A stretch of 63,838 nt of DNA, filler included, from Chrysochromulina tobinii (taxonomy: Eukaryota): assembly GCA_001275005.1 (NCBI GenBank). It is 7 parts of 7 records of this genome, joined end to end, with 100 filler letters (N's around TTAATTAATTAA, not from the genome) between each part and the next. Parts side by side here need not be neighbours in the genome. Positions count along the whole stretch, not along the records: positions 1 to 13,658 come from JWZX01001109.1; positions 13,759 to 29,369 come from JWZX01001110.1; 5 more parts are not named here. One strand, 5' to 3'. Made by a program: the position numbers and the translations under genes. Below the pieces are notes generated by a model. The model did no database searches and was not told where the DNA came from. It saw only the letters and a list, made by a program, of their open reading frames with translations. How positions within the stretch are numbered: the first letter of the stretch is position 1; each line of letters starts with the position of its first letter. Below are positions 10,101-20,153 of this stretch, one piece after another.

Positions 10101-13100
10101 CGTTGCCTCTGATTACCTCTGATTGCCTCGGCGGTGAGTTTCGTTCATTGCCTCAGATTGCCTCCGATGGCATCGCTCATTAGTTCTTCTCTAATATGGC
10201 CATCCTCCCTATTATGGACCCTCCGTATGCAGGTGTGGAATACTCGCAAGGGCGTCGCATTCGCACTGGCAGGCCAGTCGCGGCAGCGCCTAGAGAGCCA
10301 TCTCGAGAAGCTCATCCCGACGCTCTACCGGTATACCTTCGACCCCAACCCACGCATTGCCCAGGCGATGAAGCAGGTGCGTGCCACTGATTGCCTCTGA
10401 TTGCCTCTGATTGCCACTAATTGCCACTAATTGCCCAGGCGATGAAGCAGGTTCGTCAGCGCGTCAGTGGCCCGAGCCTCTGATGGACCACTGAGTGACC
10501 TTTGAGTACCCTCCTGAGTGACCTCTGAGTCCCCTTTGAGCGCCCTCTGAGTGCCCTCTGAGTGCCCTCTGAGCGCCCTCTGAGTGCCCTCTGAGTGCCC
10601 TCTGAGTACCTCTCTGAGTGCCCTCTGAGTGCCCTCTGAGTGCCCTCTGAGTGCCCTCTGAGTGCCCTTTGAGCGCCCTCTGAGTGCCCCTGATGGCAGG
10701 TGTGGCAGAGCCTCGTGCCCGAGCCGAAACGCACGCTGGCCGCCCACCTACCCGCCGTACTCGCACACCTGCTTGACGGCGTCGTGGGGCGCGAGTGGCG
10801 CGCGCGAGAGGCCTCGTGCCTCGCGATGGCCGAGATTCTATCTGGACGAACCTTCGACGAGCTCGGAGCTCATATCTCCGAGCTGCACGATAAGCTGCTG
10901 CGCGCCGTGGACGACATCAAGGAGTCTGTGCGCAAGGCGGCGCTCGCGTCGTGGCGGGCGCTCTCGAGCGTTCTCAGCCGCCTGGTGGACGGAGCGCATG
11001 CACCGGCGGAGCAGGCGAGTGTCGTTAATTGCCTCTTGATGGCCTCTGATTGCCTCTGATGGCGTCTCTGACGGAGCGCATGCACCGGCGGAGCAGGCGA
11101 GTGTCGTTAATTGCCTCTTGATGGCCTCTGCTGATTGCCTCGTGATGGCCTCTTCTGATGGCCTCTGATGGCGTCTCTGACCAAGCGCATGCTCCGGCGG
11201 AACAGGCGGCGGCGGTGCTGGGCTCGGTGCTGCCCGCTCTCCTCGAGCGGGGCATCTCGCATGCAACTGACGAGGTGCGTGGGCTATGCACGAAAGCAGC
11301 GGCTCTGCCCAGCATGCAAGTGCTCACCACGGCGCCCTTTCTCTCCCCCCCAGGTGCGTGGGCTATGCACCAAGCAGCTGCTTCAGCTCTGTAAGTCGGC
11401 GGGAGCGCACATGCGCGCCCACGTGGTCGCTTTGCTCCCCGCTCTTCTCGAGACCCTCTCGGTCATCGAGGACCCTGCGCTCAACTACCTCCAGATGCAT
11501 TCCGAGTCCGCCGGGATCGCCGAGGGCGCGCTCGAGGCGGCGCGTCTAACGGCCATGCGCTCGTCGGACGCAACAGTCGCCATCGACGCGTGCCTGCGGG
11601 TGATGGACGCCGAGCAATTGGAGGCTGCCCTCCCCTCATTGATCCATCTCCTCTCGCGGGGCACCGGGCTACCTACACGCGCAGGTAGACCGCTCACCAC
11701 GGCGCTCGGTCGACTCGAACACGACACTCCACGGCCACGCATGCAAATGCTCACCACGGCGCCCTGTTCGCTCACCACGGCGCCCTATGCGCTCACCCCG
11801 GCGCTCGGTCGACTCGAACACGACACTCCACGGCAACGCATGCGAATGCTTGCCACGGCGTTCAGATGCTCACCACGGCGCCCGTTGCGCTCACCACGGC
11901 GCTCTTTGCGCTCACCACGGCGCCCGTTGCGCTCACCACGGCGCCCCCCTTCGCAGGCACCGCTCGGACTCTGGTGCAGCTCGCGCAGACGCAGCCACAG
12001 CTGCTGCGCCCGCACGCCGCCCGCCTGCTGCGCACGCTGCATGCGGCCTCCCTATCTGAGCGCTCCGAGATTGCACGTGGTGCGTACGCGGCGGCGGCGT
12101 CGCACGTTGCGCGTGGAGCGCCTGTCGAGGTGCTTGGCAAGCTCGTGCAAGACCTGACGGCGAGGTATGCTGAGTGGCTCTGATTGCTACTGATGGCCGA
12201 TGATTGCAAGCTCGTGCAAGACCTGACGGCGAGGTATGCTGAGTGGCTCTGAGTGGCTCTGAGTGGCTCTGAGTGGCTCTGAGTGGCTCTGAGTGCTACT
12301 GATGGCTGCTGATGGCCGATGATTGCCTCCCTCATCAGGTACGTGTCGGATGAGGCGGGGATGGATGATGCGATGAGGCTCTCGGTGGCAAGCTTGCTGC
12401 GCGAGCTCCTGCGTGGTGCGACGGATGCGATGAACCGCGTGAAGGTCGAATGGCATGCATGTGCTCACGACGACGCCCTGCGCCCCAATAGGTGCGACGG
12501 ATGCGATGAACCGTGTGAAGGTCGAATGGGTGCCGTTACTCTTCGTGGGCAAGCACGAGCCGCGCTCGCAAAAGGAAGTCGCCGACGCGCCCACGACTGT
12601 GCAAAAGGAGGAGAAGGGCAAGCTGGCGAAGCTCTTCGAGGAGGCCTCTGATGAGGCGGGGATCGGCCCATCCGCACTGGCGGTGTGCACCTGCCTCACT
12701 GAGTGCCTTTGGTTGCCTCGGATGGCCTCTGATGAGGCTGGGATCGGCCGGCGATGTGCACCTGCCGGAGATCTCCGGAGATCGGTGTCGCTCCATGATG
12801 GCTCCATGATGACCGCTGATGGCTGCTGATGGCTGCTGATGGCGTCCCTCGTCAGGTGCACCTGCCGGAGATCGTGTCGCTTTTGACCATCATCGTGGGT
12901 GGCTCTTCGTGGGCGCTGCGCCGGGCGGCTGCTTTTGGGCTGCTTGAGCTGCACAAGGTGTGATGACCTTCCCGATGACCTCCTTGATGACCTCCCTGAT
13001 GGCCTCTCTGATGACGTCCCTGGTGACCTCACTGTTGGTCTCACTGGTCATCTCTCAGCTTGTGCCCGAGACGGCGCTCGTCCGCGCGCCCGCGCCGTTG

Positions 13101-13328
13101 CGTGAGGAGATGGAGCGGATTGCGGTGCTACTCAGTGAGCTCAAGTGGCGGGACAAGGAGGGCGACGCGCTTGACAAGATCCGCAAGCTGGCCGCGGCGG
13201 CGCGGCCCGCGGCGGCGGCGGCGGCGCAGGCGGCGGCGCAGGCGACGGCGCAGGTGGCGGCAGCAGGCGGGGACGCGTGGGGGGGAAGAAGGGGGGGACG
13301 CCGGTGGGAAAGCAGAGGGCGATGGTAG
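1164..13328 (+). CDS. ECM29: Proteasome adaptor and scaffold protein ECM29 (HEAT repeats), 31 exons, ~2166 aa
   Basis: Hand-spliced exons keep one open frame (6501 nt): 1164-1204, 1280-1419, 1509-1708, 2048-2503, 2670-2735, 2902-3081, 3175-3250, 3419-3540, 3973-4116, 4398-4551, 4712-4893, 5224-5672, 6014-6167, 6376-6897, 6990-7254, 7369-7464, 7544-7800, 7874-8362, 8442-8501, 8719-9148, 9358-9521, 9942-10088, 10233-10376, 10700-11014, 11206-11274, 11354-11684, 11957-12164, 12339-12415, 12492-12682, 12856-12957, 13059-13328. ECM29-like motifs occur in the expected order: [110 protein letters not shown] donors at 4117 and 11015. Confidence 0.9.
7598..7745 (+). repeat. Exonic 15-bp tandem repeat encoding (SSTVG)n
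   Basis: TCGTCAACGGTCGGT units inside ECM29 exon 7544-7800. Confidence 0.9.
8005..8093 (+). repeat. Exonic 15-bp tandem repeat encoding (GDAGT)x6
   Basis: GGGGATGCGGGTACG units inside ECM29 exon 7874-8362. Confidence 0.9.
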
Positions 13329-13658
13329 TCCCGATTCGGCCGACATGTAACCACTGGCGCGGACTGCGCGATGGCGTGGGTGCATACGTGGGTGCATGCG
13401 AGAGACGGGGGGACGCGGGGGGAGAAGAGACGCAGATAGGGGAACGCTATTGGACCGATGATTGGTAAAGAATGTTGGGAAGCCGAGGGCACAGGGCTCG
13501 CCATGGGGCTCGCATGCACGCACACGTGACGTGCCGTGATGGCGCCAGCACATGCCGCCGGAGAATGGTACGAGTCCGCCGCTGATCCGCTCGGCGCCGC
13601 TCCGGCGCGCCTCGATGAGCTGTGGATGTAGAAGTACTGGTGCTAGATAAATCAATCG

Positions 13659-13758
13659 NNNNNNNNNNNNNNNNNNNNNNNNNNNNNNNNNNNNNNNNNN
13701 NNTTAATTAATTAANNNNNNNNNNNNNNNNNNNNNNNNNNNNNNNNNNNNNNNNNNNN
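13659..13758. other. Artificial contig spacer (N run - TTAATTAATTAA - N run, 100 nt)
   Basis: An identical 100-nt spacer with stops in all six frames recurs six times. Confidence 0.98.
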
Positions 13759-14357
13759 TGGTCACAGCAAAAACCCCAAATGCAATCAAACGGCGCTCGC
13801 ACATCGAGATAGAGCTCGTTCGACTCCGGCCGACGACTCACTCGAAAAAACCAACCTGTTTTTTACACCTACATAGCCAAAACTGACGTTCGAGCTCCGA
13901 CGAGTCCTACTTGAGTAGTGGTGAGTAACCTTAGACGTCGCGCGCGGAGTGCGCAAAGGGTGTTCTAGACAAACAACCCCCGACTCACGCCTGGAAAACA
14001 CGCGCTTGCGGGAAGTGATCGCGATTCTAAGTTCGCGCCCGATTAGGCAATCGGGGCGCTATGCCACGCTCCAGGGGCCACAAAGGGGCAAGGGCCACAC
14101 TCAGGGGGCACACACTAACACGTGACGGTGAGAACCATCCAACGGGCAACTAGTGCCCGGTCACGGCCGAGCATTCGATCCGTCTAAGCGGCCGAGCGGG
14201 CCGCATTCGATTCGCCTAAGCTTGTGTTAAGCATTTCCTTCGGACGGTTGCGGCTTTCATAAGGAGTGAGAGGTGTGTGTACATGTATCTGATTACGAAG
14301 GCAATTTCATCAAGCGCACCCCTGTCCCTGGGGTCAGCACCTTGAGAGGGCGACCGA

Positions 14358-15668
14358 ATGTTCACCTCACCCTCGCCGCTGACTCGGCGCGAGGCGTTGC
14401 TTGCCACCATCGCGCTCGTTAACACGCTCGCTCTTTCCAGCATCGTACTTTCTGACCCGCGAGATCCATCACGCCTATTATTGCACGTTCCATTCACTGT
14501 CGAAGTGGCACTTACCAATTTGCACCGTGTCTACGCGGATCACCTGTCGAACGCACGCTACATCGACCTGACGCACACGATCCGCCCAAACATGCCCGTC
14601 TGGGCCGGTTTCGACCAGCCAACCTTTGGCCCATCGCTGGCAAAAGGTACGGAAGCGCCATATTCCTATGGCGCGGATGGCTTCATCGCACAGATGGTTA
14701 ATCTGGCCACTGACCAGCTGGGCACGCAGCTCGATCCGCCCGCGCACTGGAGTGAGTACGGCGCGACTATCAGCGACCTTCCGCCCACGGTGACGTTACG
14801 CCCACTTGTGCTAATTGACCTAAGCGCCAAGACGGCCGTCGATCCGGGCTACCATGCGACCGTGGACGACGTGAACGAGTGGGAGGCGAGCTATGGGCGG
14901 ATCAGCGAGGGATCCGCGGTACTCTTTCGGACGGACTGGTCGCGCGGCTGGGACTCGTATGGCGCTACAAGTGGGCCGGCCACCTTCCCGGGCGTGTCGC
15001 TCGCCGTGCTCAAGTTTCTGCATCTCAACCGCTCCATCTTAGTGCACGGTCACGAGCCGCTCGACACTGACATGACCCCCACCCTCGAAGGTGAAGAGTG
15101 GCTGATGCACAACAATTTCCTGCAGATCGAAGGCGTGGCGAACCTGCACATGCTGCCCCCGAGCGGCTGCTTAATCTCGATCGGATTCCCCAAACTCGCG
15201 GGCGGCACGGGCGGCTTCTGTCGCTTAATCGCCATCTGTCCGCCGGAGTGGCCTCACGGCCAGACCGTGGCTGAGCAGCCTGCGGCGCCGCTGCCGGTGC
15301 AACGCGCGCCGCTTCGCCGCGGTGCCGATGGCGTACTTGTCCCCACTGAAGGGGCGACGCCCACCCGCTACTGCGCTGGCAACTCACCTCGTTGGAGAGA
15401 GGGTTGCAAGAAGGCTGAGACCGTTTCGCCACCTTCGCCGTCATCCCCTCCCCTGCCACCTTCGCCGTCATCCCCTCCCCTGCCACCTTCGCCGTCATCC
15501 CCTCGCAGCTCGTCGACTCGTCAGAGTTCGCACCCATCGCCCACTCGAACGCCTGCACCTCATCAGTCTGATGCGCCGCTTCCGCCCGAGCCGTCGCCAC
15601 CGGAGCCGTCGCCACCGCCGCCGCCCTTGCCAGGCCCGCCATCGTTGTCCCCTTTTTCTTCGCCATAA
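14358..15668 (+). CDS. Cyclase / kynurenine formamidase (KynB)-family metal hydrolase with N-terminal hydrophobic segment and Pro-rich tail
   Basis: YIDLTHTI..MPVW, QLGTQLDPPAHW (variant of HxGTHxDxPxH), VLFRTDWS, FPGVS, GHEPLDTD, QIEGVANL, FPKLAGGTGGFCRLIA. Confidence 0.85.
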   Translation: MFTSPSPLTRREALLATIALVNTLALSSIVLSDPRDPSRLLLHVPFTVEVALTNLHRVYADHLSNARYIDLTHTIRPNMPVWAGFDQPTFGPSLAKGTEAPYSYGADGFIAQMVNLATDQLGTQLDPPAHWSEYGATISDLPPTVTLRPLVLIDLSAKTAVDPGYHATVDDVNEWEASYGRISEGSAVLFRTDWSRGWDSYGATSGPATFPGVSLAVLKFLHLNRSILVHGHEPLDTDMTPTLEGEEWLMHNNFLQIEGVANLHMLPPSGCLISIGFPKLAGGTGGFCRLIAICPPEWPHGQTVAEQPAAPLPVQRAPLRRGADGVLVPTEGATPTRYCAGNSPRWREGCKKAETVSPPSPSSPPLPPSPSSPPLPPSPSSPRSSSTRQSSHPSPTRTPAPHQSDAPLPPEPSPPEPSPPPPPLPGPPSLSPFSSP

Positions 15669-16416
15669 AGCTTCAAAGCTCATCGCATCAGTCATGTCAC
15701 ACGTCGCATTGTCACCGTGCTTTAAGACTCACACGGCTTTTTACGCGGATCCGCGATGTCGGATGTGTTTTCGCCTGTGAGGTGCTCGTGCCCGCTCGCC
15801 CTCGCGCGGGCAGGGCGGTCGCGCCTCACCGCGCTGCAGCTGGAGGCGCGGGACGGAGCCTGACGGTGACAGCTGACACACACACGCAAGTGCGGTCGAG
15901 GCTCGAGGGGTCGAGCCGCGGAGCCCGCGGTGTCTGAAGATCTGCCCGCGGCCTCGGGCGGGCCGGTCCGCCGCGGGGCCGGTAGTCCGGCGGGTGCGGG
16001 GACTCCCGGGCGACCGTAACCGCGCCCGGGGAGCGGTGTGGGTGGCCGCTGTGGCGTGTGTATGTGCTTAGCATGGTACTTAGCGTGTGCTCGCGACCGT
16101 GCTCGTTTTCTCAAGCCATTAAGGAGCGGAGAATTGGAAAGCCGCCGCACATCTACTCATGCGCGAGTCGGACCGCGAGATCCCGACCGGACGGTGATCT
16201 GGCATCGTGCGCCGCGCCACTTGCAACACATGCCCCCGCCGCGTCCCGCCCACGCTGTGCGCGAGATTGACGCAAAGAGTGATCATCAAACAATGAAAGC
16301 ACCATAGAAGATGAATATGTCTTAAAGGTTGATCAGAAATTGAGGTTCATAGTGCTCCGCTCGCTGGCGGCGCGTGCACCCAAATTATCCGTGCCACCTG
16401 GCTCTGTGTCTGTCCA

Positions 16417-16981
16417 TCATTGCCAGACATGGAGTTGGATGGGCAACTTTGCCCCCTCCGGCGGCGCCGCATGTAGAAAAGACCAAAACGGCTTGCTTAC
16501 CGCCCAGCCTAGCATGAGCGCCGAGGGCCATCGCGATGCCGTCGCCAGTGCGACCAGGTTCAATCCCGCGCCCACCCCCACGGACGGGTCGAAGACCAGC
16601 TGGATCACCGTTGTCTGTTGGAGCGCACGCAGGCACGCGCCCACCGCGAAGAGCAGTCTCGGTTTGAGCTTTGCAAAGTAGAAGAGCGTTCGGTATACGG
16701 ACGCCGTCCTATGCGTACTCAGCGGCTTCGCCCGTAATGGAGATGGCAGGAATTTGCTGTCCACGTTTTTGTACTCGTTGGCGATGACGGAGAGCACTGG
16801 GTTAATAACGCTAACAATGTACAGCCATCGACAGACGCGTGTCGGCAGGCGCTTTGGTACAGGGCGTGGCGTGGCTGACGGAGTTGAGGACGCCTTGCGC
16901 ACAGACGAGGGTCGGGGCGCTCCGATACATGTAGCAGCGAGCGTTGCAAGCAGCACAAGCAGAGACTTCATATGACGCATG
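16417..16981 (-). CDS. Hypothetical membrane/secreted protein
   Basis: 200-aa ORF; signal-peptide-like MKSLLVLLATLAATCIG followed by hydrophobic segments. Start uncertain; no family recognised. Confidence 0.55.
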
Positions 16982-17322
16982 GAATTCACATTTTCATTCA
17001 CGATGAATTCAACCAACACGTACCCGGTAGGAAATTCCTACGATACAGTACCGGTACATGTACATCAACACAGACTTTCGTAAAGAGACACATGCAGACG
17101 GAGAGCTGAGAAACAGCCAATTCACACTTCATTCTCAGGCTCGCGAGGTGGAACGCGTACAGTACCGGTACCGCGCTCACAGACACGGTTCAGCGACAGA
17201 CTCGTTTCACCCTCCCACCCGCTCTCCTAAAGGCTAAAGGAGTCCTTGTACTGTACCCGGTACATGTAGAGGACGGGTTCGTCCATCGGTGCCTCCGGGT
17301 GTTTCGTCACGTATTTACGTCA

Positions 17323-19549
17323 ATGCGCCGAGCCTACTCAACGCGCTCCGAGGCGGGCGCGAGTGGCGAGGTGCTGCTAAAGCGCCGCGCACGATCTCAG
17401 GTGCTGATCGACGCGAGAGCCTATTACGATGCTTCTTTATTTCAAGGGTTCGGTTCGGGCGCATCCGCCTTCTTCGGAGCTCCGCCCACCGCTCCCATCG
17501 GCTCGCAATCATACAGGCTTTGGAGCAAGCTCGACGACGCCAAAGTGAATTCTTCGCGGCGCAGCACCACCTTCGACAACGCAATCGATGCTGCAACCGA
17601 AGAGCCTGACGATGAAGCTGACGAGGACGCGGTCGCCGCGCGCGCATGTATGGAGAGTGCCGTTGCACCCCAAGCTCATCCAATATCTCCCGTCTCTCAT
17701 TGTACTGTGCCTTTCGCTCACATGTGCACGATCGGCTCTCACCAGATGCCTGGAATAGCAAGGCGCTGCCGACGCTGCTCTTTGCCGTCGGCGTGATCAA
17801 CAACATCCAAATCGTCGCCTGGCGCCAGTTTCTCATCCACGGCGCCATCAACGGCCAGGGTCTCAACCCAGCGGAGCAAGCCTTCTTAGGCTCCGTCATC
17901 AGCGGGCTGCCATGGAACCTCAAAATCTTCGTCGCCTTCGCCTCCGACGTGCTCCCCATCTGCGGCTACCGGCGGCTCACGTACATGGCCATCGGATTCA
18001 TCCTTCAGGGCGGCGGGTGGATCCTCCTCGGCCTCTTGGGAGGCTCCGCCTCGTTGTCCGTAATCTCGGCGCAGGTGATTGCCCCTGAGTGCACTTGATT
18101 GCTACCGATGACACCTGATTTCGTGCGGCTCGGCCTCATTGGCGCTCCTTTCGGCAGCAATTCACCTGCACGATGGGCCAGATGATGGTGGGCGTCATGT
18201 GCGACGCCCTCATCGTAGAGAGCGTCGCGATGGAGAAAGGATCCCGAATCGGCTACCTGCAGACCACGTGCCAAATCTTCTTCGCGCTCGGTGGGCTTGC
18301 GGGGACCGCACTCTCTGGCGCCCTGCCACAGTTCGCCGGTGTCTCCTATGAATTCATGTTCTTGCTACGCGGCATCGCCGCCCTCGCCGTCGTCCTCCCC
18401 GCAATCCTCACCTTACACGAGAGGACGCTTGAGCGGCGCGGAGTCAGCGCTGGCCCCTTGCGCGCGGCGAGTGGCCTGGGATCTGAGGCAGGCCATAGGG
18501 ACTCTGAAGGCGACGAGGCGGCGGGCTGCATCGGCGGCGACGCGCTCGGTCTGCAGCAGGGCGTCCGACGATGCTGCGCGACTGCCGGCGCTACGGCCAA
18601 GGCTATCTGGTCGACGATGCAGCGCTTGCGCGTCTTCTATCCACTCGTCTTCATCTTCGTCTTCGCCGCCTCTCCAGGCTCAAGTGATGCCTTCAACACC
18701 TACCTGCTGCAACAGACGCCGCTCTGCCAATGGGTAAACACGAGCGGCCTATGCCTTGACGCGTCGGCCTCCGCGGCCGATTTGAGTTCAGGAGACTCTG
18801 GCTCGGGCGACGCCGGCGCGGGGAACTTGGGCATCGCTGACTGGTGTGCGCAATACTCCTCGCCGGCCGACGCGTCGACGTGCTCGGAGCAGTGGGGTGG
18901 GCTGGGCTTCAGCGACATGCTCTATACCACGTTCGGGCTGCTCGGCAGCGCTGGGAGTGTGCTGGGCAACTTTCTCTTCCGGCACTACCTGCTCTCGATG
19001 AACTGGCACAAATTGTTCGCGACCACCGTGCTCATTGCTTCAGCCGCCGGCACGCTGCAACTCTTCCTCATGTTTCGGCTCACCTCGAGCGGCCAGACCC
19101 TCAGTGAGCGACTGCACCTTCCTGCAGAGGCCTCCAAGATCGCCTTTGCCCTCGGCGACGACGTTATCGTCTCCGTCGCCAACCAGCTGCTAGCGATGCC
19201 CATCCTTGTGCTCATGGCGCGCCTCTGCCCGCCTGGTGCTGAAGGCACCACCTACGCCATCGTGACCTCGGTCCAGGCTGTAGGCGGCACCGTCGGCGGC
19301 GTGATATCGCAGCACGTGATCGCCGCCTTTGGCGTCACCAACACCGACTTTACGAACCTCTGGCAGCTCACGCTTGTCACCGCGCTCGCCAAGCTGATTG
19401 CCCTCCCCCTGCTGCCGCTCGTCCCGTCCGCCGCATCGCTCGACTCCCAAGACGAGCGTCGCTCTATCCTAGCAGGCTTCACCATGCTGCTCATCTTCAC
19501 AGGCGGCCTCGGGTGGGCGCTGGCGCAGGTGTTCCTGACGCTCTTGTGA
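17323..19549 (+). CDS. BT1-family folate/biopterin transporter (MFS), 3 exons
   Basis: join(17323-17647, 17746-18074, 18158-19549) with GT-AG introns keeps frame. Motifs LPWNLKIFVAFASDVLPICGYRRLTY and MPILVLMARLCPPGAEGTTYA; many TM helices. Confidence 0.88.
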
Positions 19550-20153
19550 AGCGAGACGTTCCACTTGTGTGCAGTCATCTCAGATCTCTCACGTCAACGA
19601 GTCACGCTTCTCGCTTGCATGGCAGCATGAGCATGTGTAGCATGTGCGCATAATCTGAGTACATACTATTTAAGCGGCGTCGGTGGGGTTCGTGTACTCG
19701 TTTCCGCCGCTGCTTAGTCGTTAACCGTACCCGTTACCTTAAGCTTAACGCTCCGCTTTAAAGTCACATACACTTTTTTTGATCTCTCGTTGTTTTATTC
19801 GATTTGTTTGCGCAGATCAATGTGTAATGACTCGCGGCGCGGTCCATCGACAGGGCTCGACACCTAACGTACGCTATAGCTGTCGTGTGTACACGAAGGC
19901 TCGGCTAATAAGCCCGCACACTAAATGCTACAACCTCGTCTTGCGTTGTGGTTGTGGCGTGCATGAGCCATGACGTTCGGGGTTTCCAGGCACAAGCTTT
20001 CGTGTGTAATACGATACCATGCTGTACAGTAGTCAGTGCTCAGTGAGTCAGTCATGAGTCGAGCCACTCGGGATGTCTCTGGGATTCCTGGCTTTTCCGT
20101 TCCGCTTGAGCCTTGATTCGGGGGCGTTCACGAGGTCCGATGCGCGCGCGCCA

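Larger units (their letters stand above)
2178..12491 (+). repeat. Dispersed intronic 3' acceptor cassette family (GCATGCAAGTGCTCAYCACGGCGCC-pyrimidines-CAG)
   Basis: Copies at 2178-2210 (5' clipped), 2621-2669, 2860-2901, 3128-3174, 3386-3418, 4357-4397, 7332-7368, 7834-7873, 11312-11353, 11691-11956 (tandemly amplified) and 12453-12491 (diverged). Each ends at a predicted or candidate AG acceptor. Confidence 0.9.
1720..13050 (+). repeat. Intronic ~10-nt periodic arrays (TGATTGCCTC / TGATGACCTC / TGAGTGCCCT / TGATTGCCAC / TGATTGCGAC family)
   Basis: Directly visible at e.g. 5700-5960, 6187-6340, 7270-7316, 9806-9930, 10545-10695 and 12240-12295. Confined to predicted introns. Confidence 0.95.

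Noticed and set aside
1709..12338. Repeat-spacer-like intron arrays as CRISPR
   Set aside because: Eukaryotic context, no cas genes, and the spacers are not unique; units are copies of local exon ends and decamers.
1044..13655. Many short ORFs as independent genes or a pseudogene
   Set aside because: They resolve into one continuous ECM29 frame once GT/GC-AG introns are removed.
13759..14220. Possible MITE/transposon end with short repeats (GCATTCGAT..CTAAG twice)
   Set aside because: No matching terminal inverted repeat or second copy visible in the window.
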